64,000 nt of DNA from Nageia nagi (Eukaryota > Plantae > Pinophyta), in the NCBI GenBank assembly GCA_050084985.1, contig JBITNC010000001.1:97774001-97838000 (forward strand). The letters are read 5' to 3'. Under the pieces are notes generated by a model. That model made no database searches. It saw only the letters and a program-made list of their open reading frames with translations, and had not been told where the DNA came from. Positions 25,200 through 40,800 of this stretch are shown here, one piece after another. The number at the start of each line of letters is the position of its first letter. Position 1 is the first letter of the stretch. The translations under genes and the position numbers were made by a program.

Positions 25200-28100
25200 A
25201 AGTCAAACCAACTCCCATAGTTGGGATTTAAGAAGAAAATAAAGCCATTGAAAAATTAAAATAACCATCAAAGGATTACAAAATTATAAAAAGCATAGAC
25301 GTAAACTAATTTACCTAGGGAGAGAGTAGTTGGTGATTGTCTTCATCCACTAGATTTTGTCAATTATTAGCAGGTATTGAAATGATACCCCATCCTGAGT
25401 TTTCAATGTATTTAGGTAACTTGAGAGCCATGTTCCACCCACTAGTCATATCTATAGGAGAATGTAAATTGGGTTGAGTGTCCCAATAGCTAGTTGCTCT
25501 GATAACTATCATCATCTTTAGATGAGGCCCCCATCCATCAACACATCGAGAAGAATCTCTCAACGATGGAGGCAAGGCACTCTAGTCATGATGAGGAGGA
25601 GGGAATTGAGCTCATATGTGCTATGAAGGAAAATGACATTATTAAGACCTAGAATGGAAGCCCTTATGGGTAGAGGGATCTGAATAAACCTTGTTAACAA
25701 GACATAGAGCATTGCCCCAAAAATATAGAAAGAAGCTCCATCTGAACTTTATCAACCTGAACACAAATCTGCAACCAAACATCATAGAAAATCAATAACT
25801 TGTTAGTTAGAGAGAAAGTAAAAGGCTCCAATTGATCAAAAATCATTTTATTTATATCTTTCCAAATATGGAACAAGATGGCAGTACAAAATATGTGCCA
25901 AATCTCAAAAAGAGCCAAGGAGAAATATGGAGAGTCCCATAGAAAAATATGGAATCAAGTAAAGGAATGAGACATTTATGGATAAAAAAAGGATTTAATG
26001 CAATGCAAGTAGACTTGTCTTTTGTTCTTTCCCAAAAAAAGTGAAGGAAAGACTCCAACTAATTACAAAAAATATAACTTGGGTCAACAACTCCTAGATG
26101 GATCAATTAAGGGCCCAAAAAAAAACTTTGAGACAATAAAAAGTAAGCAAAAAAGGAGAGCTTTGGTCACAGTAAGTTTCCCAAACTATATGAAATCTAA
26201 TTCTCCACTTAGATCTAGTAGAAATGAGATCCCACTTAAGATTAAACTTAGGGGCTAGGAGAGAGCCAAAAATATCCCATTCTAAGCTTGTAGTTATGAA
26301 ATGGGGTTGCTTCATACCATTGCCATTCTGACCACCATGGCATTTAAGCCTGAGTGTGAGGCTTTTAAAAATATCCAAGATTGCCTCATAAGTAATCTTA
26401 TCATATGGGTGAAGCTCATACTTGGATTTAAACAAAGGTCAAGAAAGCCAACCTCTATCATGCATAAAGTAGAAATCCAACAAAGTAGCAATACCTTTCT
26501 TATAAAATCTTTAAGTATGAATCCATGGAAAAGTAGCAAGTGGTAAACTATGATGAGGAAAAATTGAATACTACCACACATTCAAATTCTTAGCAGAAAA
26601 ACTCTTATGAGAATATAAACCTTTCCAATGAATCCAAGGATTAATTTTCTCCCATGCTCTACAAATATTTTGATAAGAAAAGAGCTAGAAATGATGGTAG
26701 ATATCAAAGAAGCAAGGAGGGAAGAAAAGCCCATACACTTCCAATCTTGAAGGTTTAGAGAAAGCCTTGTAGAAATGAAATACCCAGATAAAACCTTCTA
26801 GGTCTCTTCTATTGAAATAGCTCAAACAAGCCATTTGGAATAGAGAGCAGTACCCTATTTATGGAAATCAAAAATTACCATACCACCTAAATATCGAGGA
26901 AGACATCAATTTTTTAGGAAACCTTGTGAAACCCTTTTTTATCCTTAGAATTGGACCAAAGAAAATCCTTGAGCAATTGCTCAAGTTTGAGAAACCAATT
27001 CTTAGATGGGACCCAACAAGAGGAGTAATAAATATGGATGATAGCTTCTTAGTAAACAAATTTGAATCTTTCCAACCAAAGAAAGCTTCTTAGTAAACCA
27101 ATGCTCCAACTTTTGCTCAACTTTTTGAACCATAATAGACCAAAGATTAGTAAGGGATTATCAAAAAGTAAAAGAGATACCTAAATATTTAAGCACTTTC
27201 CTGAGAGTAATCCAATACCTTTGAAAACCTTGAAGCTAGGAGTGCATATCATTAACAAACTTTCAATAACAAGAAGTCTTACACCACTTCACACTTGAAC
27301 TTGAATCTTGGTAAAATGTATTAAGAAAAGAAATAACATGATGAAAAAACTTCTCTTCCTATTTTAGATTTGAGAAATAGTCATATGCAAAATGACCATT
27401 AACAAGCTAGGATACGGGAAAAGGGAGAAAGATACCCTTAATATTACCAATAGATACCTGTTGAGATAAAAGATAACTAAAGGCTTTAGCTGGTAAAATC
27501 TAAAGAGAAGAACCAGAGGGAAACCTTAACACTTATAATGAAATAGACCAATAACATAGGAATGCAAACCATTATTGAAAAGCATAGTAGTTGCATTGTG
27601 AAATAACATGTGAACTGAGTGAATGAAATATTACCCAAATTTGAGAGCTTTGAGCATTGTAAGAATAAAATACCACTCAATTCTATCATAAGCCTTCTCA
27701 AAATCAATCTTAATAAAAAGAGCAGCTTGTTGGCTAATCCTAGCCCACTCCATTCCTTCCCAAATTGCTAAAACATTATTAAGAATATAATGACCTTTGA
27801 TAAAACCAATTTTCTCGGGCCAAACAATCAAAGGAAGAAGAGGTCATAGCTTTAAAGAAAGAGCTTTAGCTATGATATTATAGATGATATTTAAAAGAGT
27901 AATGGACATCCTATTTGTAATAATTTCAATATCACTTGGCTTAGGAATAAACTTAATCACCCCCTTGTTGATTATTTTGCATAAAGATCCATAATGCATA
28001 GCTTCTTGATAAACCTTAAGAAGGTCAAGGCCAATCATATCCCAAAAAAATTGAAAAAATCACAAAGGAAACCATCTAACCCTAGAGCTTTATCATTGGC

Positions 28101-31023
28101 CATCTGAGCTAGAGCTTCTTTTAAATCATCCAATAGTAGGGGTTGGTCACACTCTAACAATTGAGATGTAGATAATTTATTGGGCATGGTAGCTATACAA
28201 GTCAAGATAGCCTTAAGGGTTTGAGAATTGGATTGATGTGAAGAAAAATTATGAGAATAATATCACTCAAAAATCTTAGATATGTTAGAAATGGAGGTGA
28301 CCTTAGTTTGAGCATAAATAAGGTCTTTGAACTGAGTAGATTTATGGGGGGATTGATTGAAAAATTCCTTGGTCACTTTATCACCCACTTTAAGGCAATG
28401 CATTTTGGCCTTAATTTGAGCATCTCAATCTTCATAGATATATGCAATCTTAAGCTCTTGATGAATCTAAGTAGCTTGAGATTGAAGTGCAATAGAGAAA
28501 GGATCAACTTCCAACTAAAGCATAAATATGATTAATTCCTTGTATAAATCAATAGTAGAACACCATCTGGATTGAGCAACCTTCTACCCAAGGGTGTGAA
28601 GCATCACCATTGTGCGAAGCATCATCGTTGTATGAGACATAGCATAATTCCACCACTCAATGTGTCTATGAATGTCATCAAGGAGAGGAACCAAGTTCCA
28701 AATATGATTAATATGAGAAACCATTGTAGGAAAACTTAGAAATGATGCATTTAAGAAGAACTCAATCGTATCTTTCATAGGAGGCATACGATCATGTGTA
28801 ATGATGAACCAAATTGATGCATGATCTAAGGTGGTGGTGCCTAGCATGAATTTCACAAATGGTACCAAGTGGTTACATTGATGGAAGCAAAATATCCATT
28901 GATTAGAAAACATAGCATGATCAAGCTGATGTATGATATGGGTATCTCCAACTTGGAAATTGGACCATGTGTACCAAAGATGATGTGGAAAATCAGTTGG
29001 CACAAAAAAAGTATTAGGATTGACAAAATCTAATTTACTTTGCATGAAATACAAGGCATGATGCTCCCCATTAGGCCACCTAGTAGGATGAATATCAATC
29101 TTATCAAAGGCTTGATTAGTCATGTTAAAGTCCCCACACATTACCCACATGGATTGAGGTAGATAAAAGGTGATCTAATGCCATAATGAATAGTACTCAT
29201 ATGCATCATTAGAAGCATAAATATTTAGAATACCAAAGGACATACCGACCACCTTGAGAAGGACCCACACAACTTGGTTGGTAGAATTAGTTCCCCAAGT
29301 GATAACCACCTTTTAGAAATAAATAAAGTAGCATTTCCTTTTCTATCATAATGATTAGTAATGTAAAAGTGGCTCTTCGACCAAATTATAGTGCAAAGCA
29401 ATTGTAAATGGAAACTTGACACCTTGATTTATTATAAATATTAAAAATCCAATGCACCTAACTTATGCATGCAAGCAGTAATCTCATCTTGGATTAAATA
29501 TTTATGGGAAGGTTCTGACATCCCTCTAATATTCCATGATATAAAAATCATGAAAAATGATGATCCATGATTTTTAATTCCACTCCTTTGATTCCTTAAA
29601 CCCAAAGAATGATTTATAAGGATTACTTAAAAAATCATCCTAGTCACTCAAAATCAGAGTAGAATGGTGATGTTTCTCAAAATGAAAAGAACCATGGGGA
29701 GGGCTATGGGACTTCTAGTCCCCACATGCTTGAAATATTTCTTGCCCTTGGGGAGGGGATTGAACAATAATTGTATCCTAGGATTTGAAGAAAATTGGCT
29801 CAAAAAAGGAAACCATTGCCAAGTGTGGTACAAGTGTTGACGAAGTCTTAACCAGATGAGATAAGGGGGCTTGAAGGAATACAATAGAACCAACTTCAAG
29901 AACAAACTATTTTCTAGTAGCATTAGAAGTGTTACCTAGATCAAAACCACCTTTAGGAGTAGAAGGCTTGCCATTGGCAATGTTACTATTTCTTCCATTC
30001 TTGCCTTTATTATTAATAATGGACCATTTCCCCTTAGTAGGCTTAGGATTATTTCCACTAAGAGGGGCCTTGTAGTTGCTTTCTTGGGCGTAAACTTACT
30101 TTCCATCAAAGGGAACTCATGAATCATATGGCTATTGGATTAATACATATAAAAAGTATTTAGTAAATTAATATAATTTACTTTCTGATGAAACTTAGTC
30201 ACTCCTATCTGGATATCAACATGATGTTGAAGGTATTGAGACAAGTCTAACTTCACACAGTATTGGCAGTGAGGCCAATCAGAGGAAAACTTATCCTCGT
30301 CTTGGTAGATAAAATCTCTAATAGGATTAATAATACACTAAAAAAGAGGCCACAAAGGTAAAGGTAAATTGAGGAATTCAACCCAGATAGGAACCTTAAG
30401 TGATATAATATTAGCTATTGAGAAATCATTGGTCCATGATTGAAAAATCAACAAAATATTATGAATAGACAAAGGGCCATGGGAAAAATGCCTTGCGCAT
30501 ATGTAGGAGTTGAAATATGGAATAAGAAAAAACCTTTCATAAGGTTTTGCACAACCAATAATTTTTACCCCATGGGGAGCCTAAGTCTGCTTCACCCATG
30601 AATATGGGACTGACTCACTAAGAACTCTACCTAAAAAATACCCAATCAAAGTCTGGGTCTTAAGTTATTGAATTGAACCAGCAAAATCACTCAATGAAAT
30701 ACAAAAAACCATAGTGTTATTAATAATATTACCTTGTGGAATACTTTCAACATGAAGTTGCATGTCTCTTGCTCAACACTGGCACCATTACTTCCTCCAA
30801 TTGCTTCACCAAAGGGTGAAGTTACTGAATGAGGTGAAACTATAAATAAATGAGATCGAGGGGCTTTCAATGGAAGTGATACCAACCTCAAGATACAATC
30901 AATGCAAATAAAACCTTCTAATCCTATGAAAGTACAATAGAGTGACAATAAATATGAATGGAAAATGATGCATGTAACATAACTCAACTCAAAACCCTAG
31001 CAAAGCTCAAAAACCACTTCCTC
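25200..31023 (-). mobile_element. Near full-length degenerate L1-type LINE (ORF1 DUF4283-like; ORF2 endonuclease, RT, zf-RVT)
   Basis: ORF1 TLIGYFLGR..WV and VPIWVEFLNLP (~30200-30690); ORF2 start MIFISWNIRG (~29520-29551); WVMCGDFN; FIKIDFEKAYDRIEW; KYLG; ESFLHFFWE. Confidence 0.92.
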
Positions 31024-31779
31024 ATTAAAATTCATTGGTTCATTTTTTTCAATTTACTATGGTTTTATTGAATTATTATCATATGTATTTGATGTATTCA
31101 AGGTTTTTGTAACTATTTGAAGACAATACAATCATGGAAGAGCTTGGGAAGACCTAATTTTTATATACTCCATAAAATTGTATGCATGTAGGTGTTATTC
31201 AGGTTAAAATCATATTATCTTGCATTTCTACCATTAAAATCCTTTTTTGAACTCATAATAGCTTAGATACATGTTGTGAACATCCATTAGATCTCATGGC
31301 TATCCTTGGATCTAATTGATCCAATGATTTTTAAATATTTTTTCATTTCAAACATTCAATATTTTCAAGGGTTTTAGTGTTAGATCTCAATTTTAGCCAC
31401 AAAAACATGTAAATATATTCTCCATAGTTCAAATCCACCATATAAATTGTCAAAGAGCATTTATACAAAAGCATTTGCATAAATTAACATATATAATTCA
31501 TTTTTTCTCAATGATTTGAGGGCTAGGGAGCTAACATGCCATTTGGAGTGATGAGACTCACTCCATGCTCACCTAGGGACCTCAAAGGGATTAGGTTGGA
31601 GGTACTCCTTACCATTTATATGCATTTAGGGTTTATTTATGCTCTTATAAAGTGTTATCTTATTATTCAAATATTTTAACATACCTTTGTCAAGTTTTCT
31701 ACCTAATGCACATTAAGAAAATCATAGTTGTGTAATTTGAGGTTTGTGTATGAATTAATTGACTTGTTTATGCATGTTA

Positions 31780-32390
31780 GATCATATATATCATAAATTT
31801 TCACTTATGGTTATTGTTCCTAAACAAGATTTGGAAGATACTTTTGTCAATGTATTGTTACCTATGTTTAAACTAGAAGTTACTAATAATGATGGTGTGT
31901 CCTTAGCTAAAATAATAGATACTTTGATCAAGAAGGAAACTTGTATTGTGCAAAATTATAAAGAAACTCAAAATTAAGTTAAAGCACATAAAAATACAAA
32001 TAGTTATTCAAGTCCAAAATAAGTGGTTAATAGAACAAATATTGATAAAAGAAAAATACCACCACAAAAGAAATTTACAAAAATGACTAAAATTGTTTAT
32101 AATATTCATAATGTGTTGTTTGAAAAAAATCTTATTGAGCTTCCACCAATGGTATAACATCATTCTCCAAATGGTGTTCTTGAAAATTATAGTTTTTAAT
32201 AATTTTGCAAATATCATAGAATATCAAGACACTTAACAAAAAAGTGCAGGGTTTTAAGAGATATTATACAAGACTTTATTAATCAAAATGCTATCTGAAT
32301 GGATGATACACCACAATAAGAAGAAGATATTGGCTTTGTTCATCTAGATAATGGTCAAGTAGATATTTTTACAAATAATCTATCAATAAT
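31780..32390 (+). mobile_element. Gypsy (Tat/Ogre-like) gag fragment
   Basis: FCKYHRISRHLTKKCRVLRDIIQDFINQN zinc-knuckle-like motif at ~32204-32290. Confidence 0.65.
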
Positions 32391-32399
32391 AATTCAACA

Positions 32400-34235
32400 A
32401 CCTAAAGGATGTATTAGGATGATAAGTGTTATAGAAATTGTAACTTGCATCAAGCATGGAAATTATTTCTTGATTTCCTTGTACTTTAATAAGTTTAAAA
32501 TATTTTAGAGGTATCCAGAATGGTAGCAGCTAGATGAAAGATAAATTTTTTAGAGCTTGGCTATGTTGAATGTTTAAATCATCTTTTTAATGCTCGATGG
32601 TATTCTTCTTCGATGCATTTTCTTAGAGTGCGATGAAATTTTGTGGAACCTGATAGATTTGTAGCAAATACAATGATCTTAGAATTTGATAGTCTTCATA
32701 TTTCACACATCCTCCCAAAATACAATCTAATTATTACCAAGGCATCTCCAAGGAAAGTGGTATGATTAATCAATATACTCCTACTTTCTTGAAACCTGAT
32801 AGACTCAATCACGACTCAATAATCGACATTCTCAATTTTACTACCCAAGTCTGGTAAGATTGTATAAGCATTATGAATAACTTTAACAAAAGCTTCTGAC
32901 ACTTCTCCATTTATAAAAATAATATTTTTTAGCTGCATCTAGGTGCTAAAAATAAAATATAGTTATCATTAGCATACATTTAGGAAGTTACAACTATGTA
33001 TTTCAAGTTATAGCTTAGTTACGTTGTAGATTTAATGATTATGTTAGATTGTGGTTAGTTGCATATAGGCCTTGTATTTTATAGATTCTCTTTAGATTCA
33101 TATTAACATTGGTAGATATTTTCAAATCTAAAGCTATATATAGCTCATATCAATGTAAAATAGGAGGTTCAATCTTTAAACATTTATTCTTGAATAATGA
33201 AATATCTATTTTTACAACCAAAACTAAGAATGGAAGCACCTATATATTTATTTCTTCATGAATTTTTAGTTGGATTAAATGGTTACATTGTTCATATTTT
33301 TGCTATTCTCCATGGTATGATTAATAAAATATCTATGACTATAGCCTCTACTCTCTTCCAAAAGAATAATGGATAGTAACATTAAAGGGATTACTATGAG
33401 CTATCCTTTAGGTTTTGAAAGAATTGTTGGAAGCCTTAGTTGGCCTTGAGGGTCCTTCCTCTAGGTTCCAATAGAATTGTTGAAATCCTGAGTTGGCCTT
33501 GAGCAATATCATTTCCCTTTATTTCTTGCATTCTAAGTCTTTTTATCTCTTTTGGTAATTATATCCCTTTTTATTTCATTTTCCATCATTTTATGGTGGA
33601 TAAGACATCATCCTGATAAAATTGGAAAATAGAATTTGAAATTAGATTATCTTTTTTATTTGTGATGAGTATTTTAAGTGGATCTACATATATTTCTATC
33701 AAATGTAAGCCTCATGATTCTTAGTTCTAAGATATTTAATGAGTGAATAACATCATCTTGTCTATGAGAGATGGAATCTCATTCGAATTGGAACCATTTT
33801 ATAAGGTAAAAGTGCAATCCCATTGGTTAGAGACCTAAAATAGGATCATCCTATATAAAAATTAACCACTAGGAGCTCAAGATCCTATTCACATCTCTAT
33901 CTGTGTCTAAAGAATATTATGATATACTAATCTTTGGGGTTCTGAATTTCCAAACCAAGAGCCACTTATGAGTAGAGTAATTCTATAAAGAATATTTGTC
34001 TTTGATATTTCTAGAATTCTAACTATTTAGCATATCATGATTTTGTCTATGAATTATAGTCATTTAGATTATTCAAAATGGATCTCCAAATACCATCTTG
34101 GATAAATAAAATAAAAGGTTGAATTAACTAAAAATTAGTTCATCCAAGGATGGTTGGTTCATGAATATAGATAAATCTAACACCCCTACACCCTTTCACA
34201 AGGCAAAGAGTTGGATTGCATTTTTTGGATCAATG
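32400..34235 (+). repeat. ~1.8-kb direct repeat, copy A1
   Basis: Colinear with 36280-38112, e.g. shared TTACCAAGGCATCTCCAAGGAAAGTGGT and CACCCTTTCACAAGGCAAAGAG. Confidence 0.9.
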
Positions 34236-36279
34236 GTCTATTTATAACACATCTAATGGGATGATTTCACATAGTCTTCATATGATATTTCCCTCCAGCA
34301 TGACTATTGAAATATGTCCATATTCATTTAAAAATAAATCTAGCAACATCAATGCACCTACTAGCAAGCAATTTGTTTGATCTATTTCAAGGAAATAGAA
34401 TGGTGATCTAATTAGTTCAAGATTCAAGATATGAAGAATAAGAAAGGTTATTTTTAAATGTTATAAGTTGAACAAAATACTCAGTAAAGATGACTCATAA
34501 TTCATTAAGATAAATAATATTTTCAAAAAAAAGGTTTTCATGGACCTATAGTATTTGGGGGTTAATCAGAGTCAAGATATTCTTGATAAAGATTTTGAAC
34601 TTAAACAATAATGGGGGATATTTCAATCCTCTCTTTTGAAGGATAATTTTTATCTTCTAATACTAGAATGTTAGAACAATGGATATAGCATTAGAAGGTT
34701 CATGCATTCCAAATCCATTTATTAAGATACTACCAACTATAGAATGCATACTAAAATATTAAACCAAAATCAAATTTGATGTGTTTTGAATTTATCTTAT
34801 TTTTGGTATATATGTTTGAATATGATCAATAAAGTCACACAAAATAGATCTTCCTACAAAAGTACACCCACCCAAATCTAGCTTGATTCTTGAAAGGTGT
34901 ACATTCTAGTTTTAGGTAATATTATAATCTTTTCTCATTGCATTGAAAAAGACCTTATTAAGTTACCCTTTGAAACATGAATGGTTATCAAACATCAAAA
35001 AGGGTTCATATGAGTAATTACCCATATTTTAAAAATATAGGTAGATATGTTTTGGTAATATTAGATGGCATGCCTAAAATGCTCATATATTTTGGATAAG
35101 CCTATGATGTCAAGTCCTACAATCCAAGAAACTATTTATTGTCTATTCATGCCAATGTATCCAATAACTCATAATGCTATACTTACTTGATTACTATCAT
35201 GTCTACTTTATAGATACCTAACTATAATATTCCTTATTAGAAGAGTTCTTCTAGAATTTTGATTATTAGACCAGTGCATTTCAATGATATAGTTTTCTTT
35301 ATGGATTTTTGATTGAAAAACTCAATTTAAAGATAGATCAAAAGAGTTTTCCATAGAGGTTACTGATGTGTATTCAGATTTAAGATCACTAATCACATGT
35401 AAAAGGAGATTTGCCAAAATAGGTTGGATAAGATGTACAAGTCATAAAAGTACAAATAAAAGTAAGTCTAAATCAATCAGGAATAATTCAAAGTTGTTTG
35501 AATGATTTTTGTTGAGATCCATCTCTAAAAGAGTTCATAGATAGATATGTATGAGTTTTCCTATAAATATCCAATGCATAAGAAATATTATAACATCCAA
35601 ATATGAAGATAGAAGTGCGCTTATGGAAGTTAATATGTGGTGTGAAGATTGTAAGGTAGATTAGTAGTGGTTCTATAAATATGTGTTATTGTCCATCCCA
35701 TTTCTTCCATTGTGATTTTCCACTATGAACGCCCCATATTTTTCATCTTACCCTTCCATATGTTCCCTTCCTCACATTGTTCTCACCGTTCCCTATCTTG
35801 AATTCTTATTTCTCATTATGTTTATTTTTCTATCCCTCATCTCCTTTTCCTTCTTCTCCATCCTCTCAACTAGTTGTATCCATATTCTTATGTTACTTGT
35901 GTTCATTCCCCCACCTATGGTCTTCTCCTCCATCCCTCCTTCTTGTATTTATGTACCCATTAGTGATCTATTTTTCAAGCATTACATGACATATTAGAAG
36001 GGATTATTAGGTAAAATGCTAACAAGTGAAGATAGATCTAGCAGTATTAGAAAAGTATGGTAAAATATTGATTCACTTCAGTGTTTTATTTTTAAAGACT
36101 TATCAGAAATATTTTTTCATTTCAAATAGTTAAGGTTCTAACTGATTGGTACATGAAGGCCATTCTATTTGATTTAAATATTTATTTAGAATCTTTTCCA
36201 TCCCATCCCACCTTCCTAATGTATGTTGCCTACTTAATTTCTATTATATGATTCATTGACTATTGTAACTTTTCAGAAC

Positions 36280-38112
36280 AACCAATGAAGGGGGTATAAG
36301 GTTCTAGAAATTGCAACTTACATCAAGCACAAAAATTATTTCTTTATTACATTATGCTTTAACAAGTTTGAAATATTTTAGAGGCATATAAAATGGTAGT
36401 ACTTGAATGGAAGAAAATTTTATTGAAGCCCAACTATGTTGCATGTTTAAATTATCTTCATGGAGCCTTGTGGTACTCTTCTCCATTGCATTTTCCCAAA
36501 TTGTAATGAAATTATAAAGGGATAAAGTTTCTTGGAACTTGGAAGATTTGTAGAAAATACAATAATCCTAAAATCTATCAATCTTTATTTTTCACACATT
36601 CTCTTGGATTGTGAATAGAATGTTACCAAGGCATCTCCAAGGAAAGTGGTTTGATCAATCAATACACTCCTACTTTCTTAGAACTCGTTGGACCCAACCA
36701 CAACTCATTTTTGTAGAGCCTAATCTTGTTTTCCAACATCCATGAAATCAATAACCATCTCCTATTAGTCAAAATAATTGATAGTCTCAATTTTACAACC
36801 CAAGTCCAGCAAGATTGTACAAGCATTATTAATAATTTTAAGCAACACTTCTGACAGTTCTCTAATCTTGCAAAAATAAGATTTCTCAGTTATGTTTGGA
36901 TGCTAAAAATAAAATACAATTATCATTAGTATAAATTTAGAAAGTTATAGCTATGTATTTCAAGCTATAGCTTAGTTATGTTGTAGATTTTATAATTCTA
37001 TTATATTGTAGTTAGTTGCATATATGTTGTATTTTATAGATTCTCTTTAGATTCATATTACCATTGGTAGATATTTTCAAATCTAAATCTATATATACAA
37101 CTCAGATAAATGTAAAATACGAGGTTAGATCTTTCAATATTTATGCCTAAATAATAAAATATCTATTTTTTCAGCCAAAACTGATGACACCTATACGTTT
37201 ATTTCTTTATAAAGTCTTTGGTTGGCATAAATAGTTATATTGTTTATATGTTTCCTAGTCTCCATGGTATGATGAATGAAATATTTGTGATTATAGCCTC
37301 TACTCTTTTGCAACTGAATAATGGATAGTAACATTAAAGGGATTATTATGAGCTGGGAGTCCTTCCTCTAGGTTTTGAGAGAATTATTGGAAGCTCAAGT
37401 TGACCTCAAGCAATATCATTTCCCTTTCTTTCCTACACTCTAATCTTTTCTATCTCTTTCGATAACTCTATCCCTTTTTATTTCATTTTCCATCCTTTTA
37501 TGATGCCTAAAAAAGGAATTTGGAATCAGATTGTCTCTTTTGTATACAATGAGTTTTTTAATGGGTATACGTCTTTGTATGTGGGAATTAAACCCCATGA
37601 TTCTTAGTTCTAATAGCTACAATGAATGGGTACCATCATCTTATCTATGAGAGATAATCTCATCCAGAGTGGACCCTTTTACAAGGTAAATGTACAATCG
37701 CATTGGTTAGAGACCTAAACAAGATTGAACTATATAAAAATAGATCACTGGAAGCTCAAGATCCTATTCACATAATTATCTATGGGATGTGTCTAAAGAA
37801 TATTATGAGATTCTAATATTTAGGGTTTTGAATTTCGAAACCAAGAGCCACTTATGAGTGGAGTAATTCTTAAAGAATATTTGTCTCTAACATTCCTAGA
37901 ATTCTGACTATTCAAAAGCTCATGATTTTATCTATGAATTATGGTCATTTAGATTGTTCAAAATTTCTCACTAGGCACCATATTGGATAAATAAAATTGA
38001 AGGTTTAATCAACTAAAAATTGATTTATCCAAGGATAATTGGTTCATGAATATAGACAAATATGGTACCCCACACCCTTTCACAAGGCAAAGAGCCAAAT
38101 GGCATTTTTTGA
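36280..38112 (+). repeat. ~1.8-kb direct repeat, copy A2
   Basis: Colinear, diverged copy of 32400-34235. Confidence 0.9.
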
Positions 38113-38944
38113 ATCAATAGTAAGTACCCTAAATTATTTTAATTATTATCTTTATAATAATTGTAGGCTTTACCAATATAGACAATCACCTAAAAAGAAC
38201 TCAATAGGTACACTAAAAAGTTATAATATTTGATCTAAGAAATTTCAAGGTATTGACACCATAAATGATTGTCAGCATGACTCTCACACTATATGTTATA
38301 CAACTAAAAAGGCTCCAAGTTTTATCTCTGCATCTATGAAATGTCAATAGGTCCTTGTGACCCCCCCATGTCAATTGTATTATTGGTTAATTTTAAATTT
38401 TGAAAAATTATATTATATTATAGTTGGTTTCTTTTATCATTTTTAGGTGCATTGTTAGATTTTATTTTGTTTGTTTGCATACATAAGTAGCTAACTGGGT
38501 GAAAATAAAATAAGTCTCCCATATATTTTTTTGTTGAAATTCAAAAAATTCTAGAGCATTGGTACCTTGGGCCTATGATTAAAAATCCATGTTGTGTGTT
38601 TTTTAGGACAAAAAAAAGTGGGTCTAAGTTCAATATAGTCTTCTTAGTTGTTTTAAATGTGCATGTAGGAAATAAACATTCATATACTAGAAAAAACCCA
38701 TGCATTTATGGATATATATGTATAAACATTCACTAATATATATGTATAAACATTCACTAAGTCATTACGTTGTAGTCATTAGGTTTGTGATTTGCATTTA
38801 TTGTATTCATTTACAATTATAAATACTAGCTATTAATTATGTGTTTAGACATTCATAGGTTCATTTTACATAGAATATAGAAAAATATAAAAAATATGCA
38901 TTCACACATAACAAATTATAGATATAGTAGCCTATGAATAATAA

Positions 38945-39018
38945 TATATATATATATATATATAATTTCATAGGCTCTATTAAATTTGATATATTGTGTG
39001 TGTGTGTGTGTGTGTGTG
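38945..39018. repeat. (TA)n and (TG)n microsatellites
   Basis: Read directly from the sequence. Confidence 0.9.
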
Positions 39019-39059
39019 TAAAGCTCATGAAGCAAGGTATTTCATACAAATAATATCAT

Positions 39060-40800
39060 GAGTGGGTTGTCACTACTACCACTACTCTTAGCCTCAAAAT
39101 TCCTAGACCTCCTACCACTACCTTTACCAGAATTGGACATAATTTTTGATATCTCAGTAGTTTTAATACTGTGGGAGACTAACAATGCCTTTGCTACCCC
39201 ATACTTCTCCCTAAATTTGCTAACCTCCTAAGATAATTATGATTATGATCAATCTATTTGTACATGCATGACCATGAGTTACTAGGGGAAGGCATGTCTA
39301 ACTTCTCCTTTATCTTCTTGATGGTCAGGTTCATCTTTGAAATCTAAGCATCATGCTTAACTATTGTATCTTGGGTAGCACTCAAGGAATCCTGTAGCTA
39401 TGAAACCATAGCTTAAGGGGCCTAAGTATACTAGCCTCCACCTCTAGAGTTTCAAGTCTCTCTACTTGAGCTTAAAGAGGTTGAAGTCTAGCTATTTCTT
39501 CCTTTAAACTAGAAACCCTAGCAATCATTTCTTTTCAAAAGGTTAAAAATCATAAAAAATTGAAATAATTATCTTACCTTTAGGAACCAATGGGAATATC
39601 ATAAAGTGTATTATCCATGTTCTCCTCATCATACCTAATAGAATCATCTAAGGATGCCTTTTCCATGTCCTTGTCATCACTAACATCAATTCCAGTAGGT
39701 GCAGGTCTAACACCTACCCATTGGTATCATATACCCTCACCATATGGGTGCAAATGAAGTATCTACAACTACATACACCTCCCTAGACTCCTCCCACTAG
39801 CAATTATAACTTGGCATAATGTGAGCACCCTGGGGTGCATCTCTCTCATGTCCTTAGTGCATGTAGTATATAGGTTCTAGTAGGATACCCTCCTAATACC
39901 AAATTATCTAAGTACTCAATTAGGATAGTATGGCTCTATCAACTTCTAGTGAGTCTAAAGAAACCATTGTTGCTCTACCTAGACCAACATATAGACATAC
40001 TCATCCCAAATATAGTCTATGTAGGAAACCCATACAAATTCCTCCACTTATATCCTGTCAAAATCCCTATGTTCAACCTTTATGTACATGGTAATAGCCT
40101 ATCTGAGATACCTAACAACACATAGTGGGATTTGTCATATTGTCCCTCTTCCTGAGTAACCCAATAGCAGCTTGAACATTGCAATATGTTCATATGACCA
40201 TACCTAAAGGATTGATGCATAGGCCACAGTCACATTGGACTTTTCCATAAATATAATGTGGTATATGTCTTGATAGAGTTGGGCTAAGATACAAGGAGGC
40301 CATGTAAACTTTGTTCCCTTAGTACAAATCTCTTGTACCACCCACACAAGTTTGAGGGAAAATATTGAATTATTCTTATTGGAGCACAAGAATGTAACTA
40401 TAATAGAAGATACTAATAAGTTGGGCACCCCTATGCTCCCAATCATGATCAGGGTTTCCTATTGACTAGTTAGAAATTGATCTCTCTTTAAAGGATCATC
40501 TATAGAGGAATGTGTTACAAGCTTTCCATGAATGGTAATATGCCAAATCCTATAAATGTCAAGTAGTATCATAGTCATCTCATCATATGGGAGATGACAA
40601 GTGTTTGTATTTGGCTCCCATATCTCAATAAGTGTAATGAGGAGGGGAAAATCAATTTACACATGGCATGCAATGGCCAAATCATGCAACCTTGATCTCT
40701 CTAACATCTCATTATCCTAGTTTTAATAGATCCACTTTCTGGCCCTCTCCAATTCCTCTAGTTTCATGGGATCACCCTTGATGAGATGTTTATGGTCATG
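39060..40800 (-). pseudogene. Second PMD relic (gypsy-associated)
   Basis: LITLIEIWEPNTNTCHLPYDEMTMILLDIYRIWHITIHGK (~40520-40642) and FTWPPCILAQLYQDI (ORF 40204-40446); PPT-like AAAAGGGGGAAAA-TG on + at 42392-42406. Confidence 0.78.

Noticed and set aside
35690-36000. Hydrophobic ORFs 35725-35997 and 35777-35989
   Set aside because: Pyrimidine-rich low-complexity sequence with no family motif.
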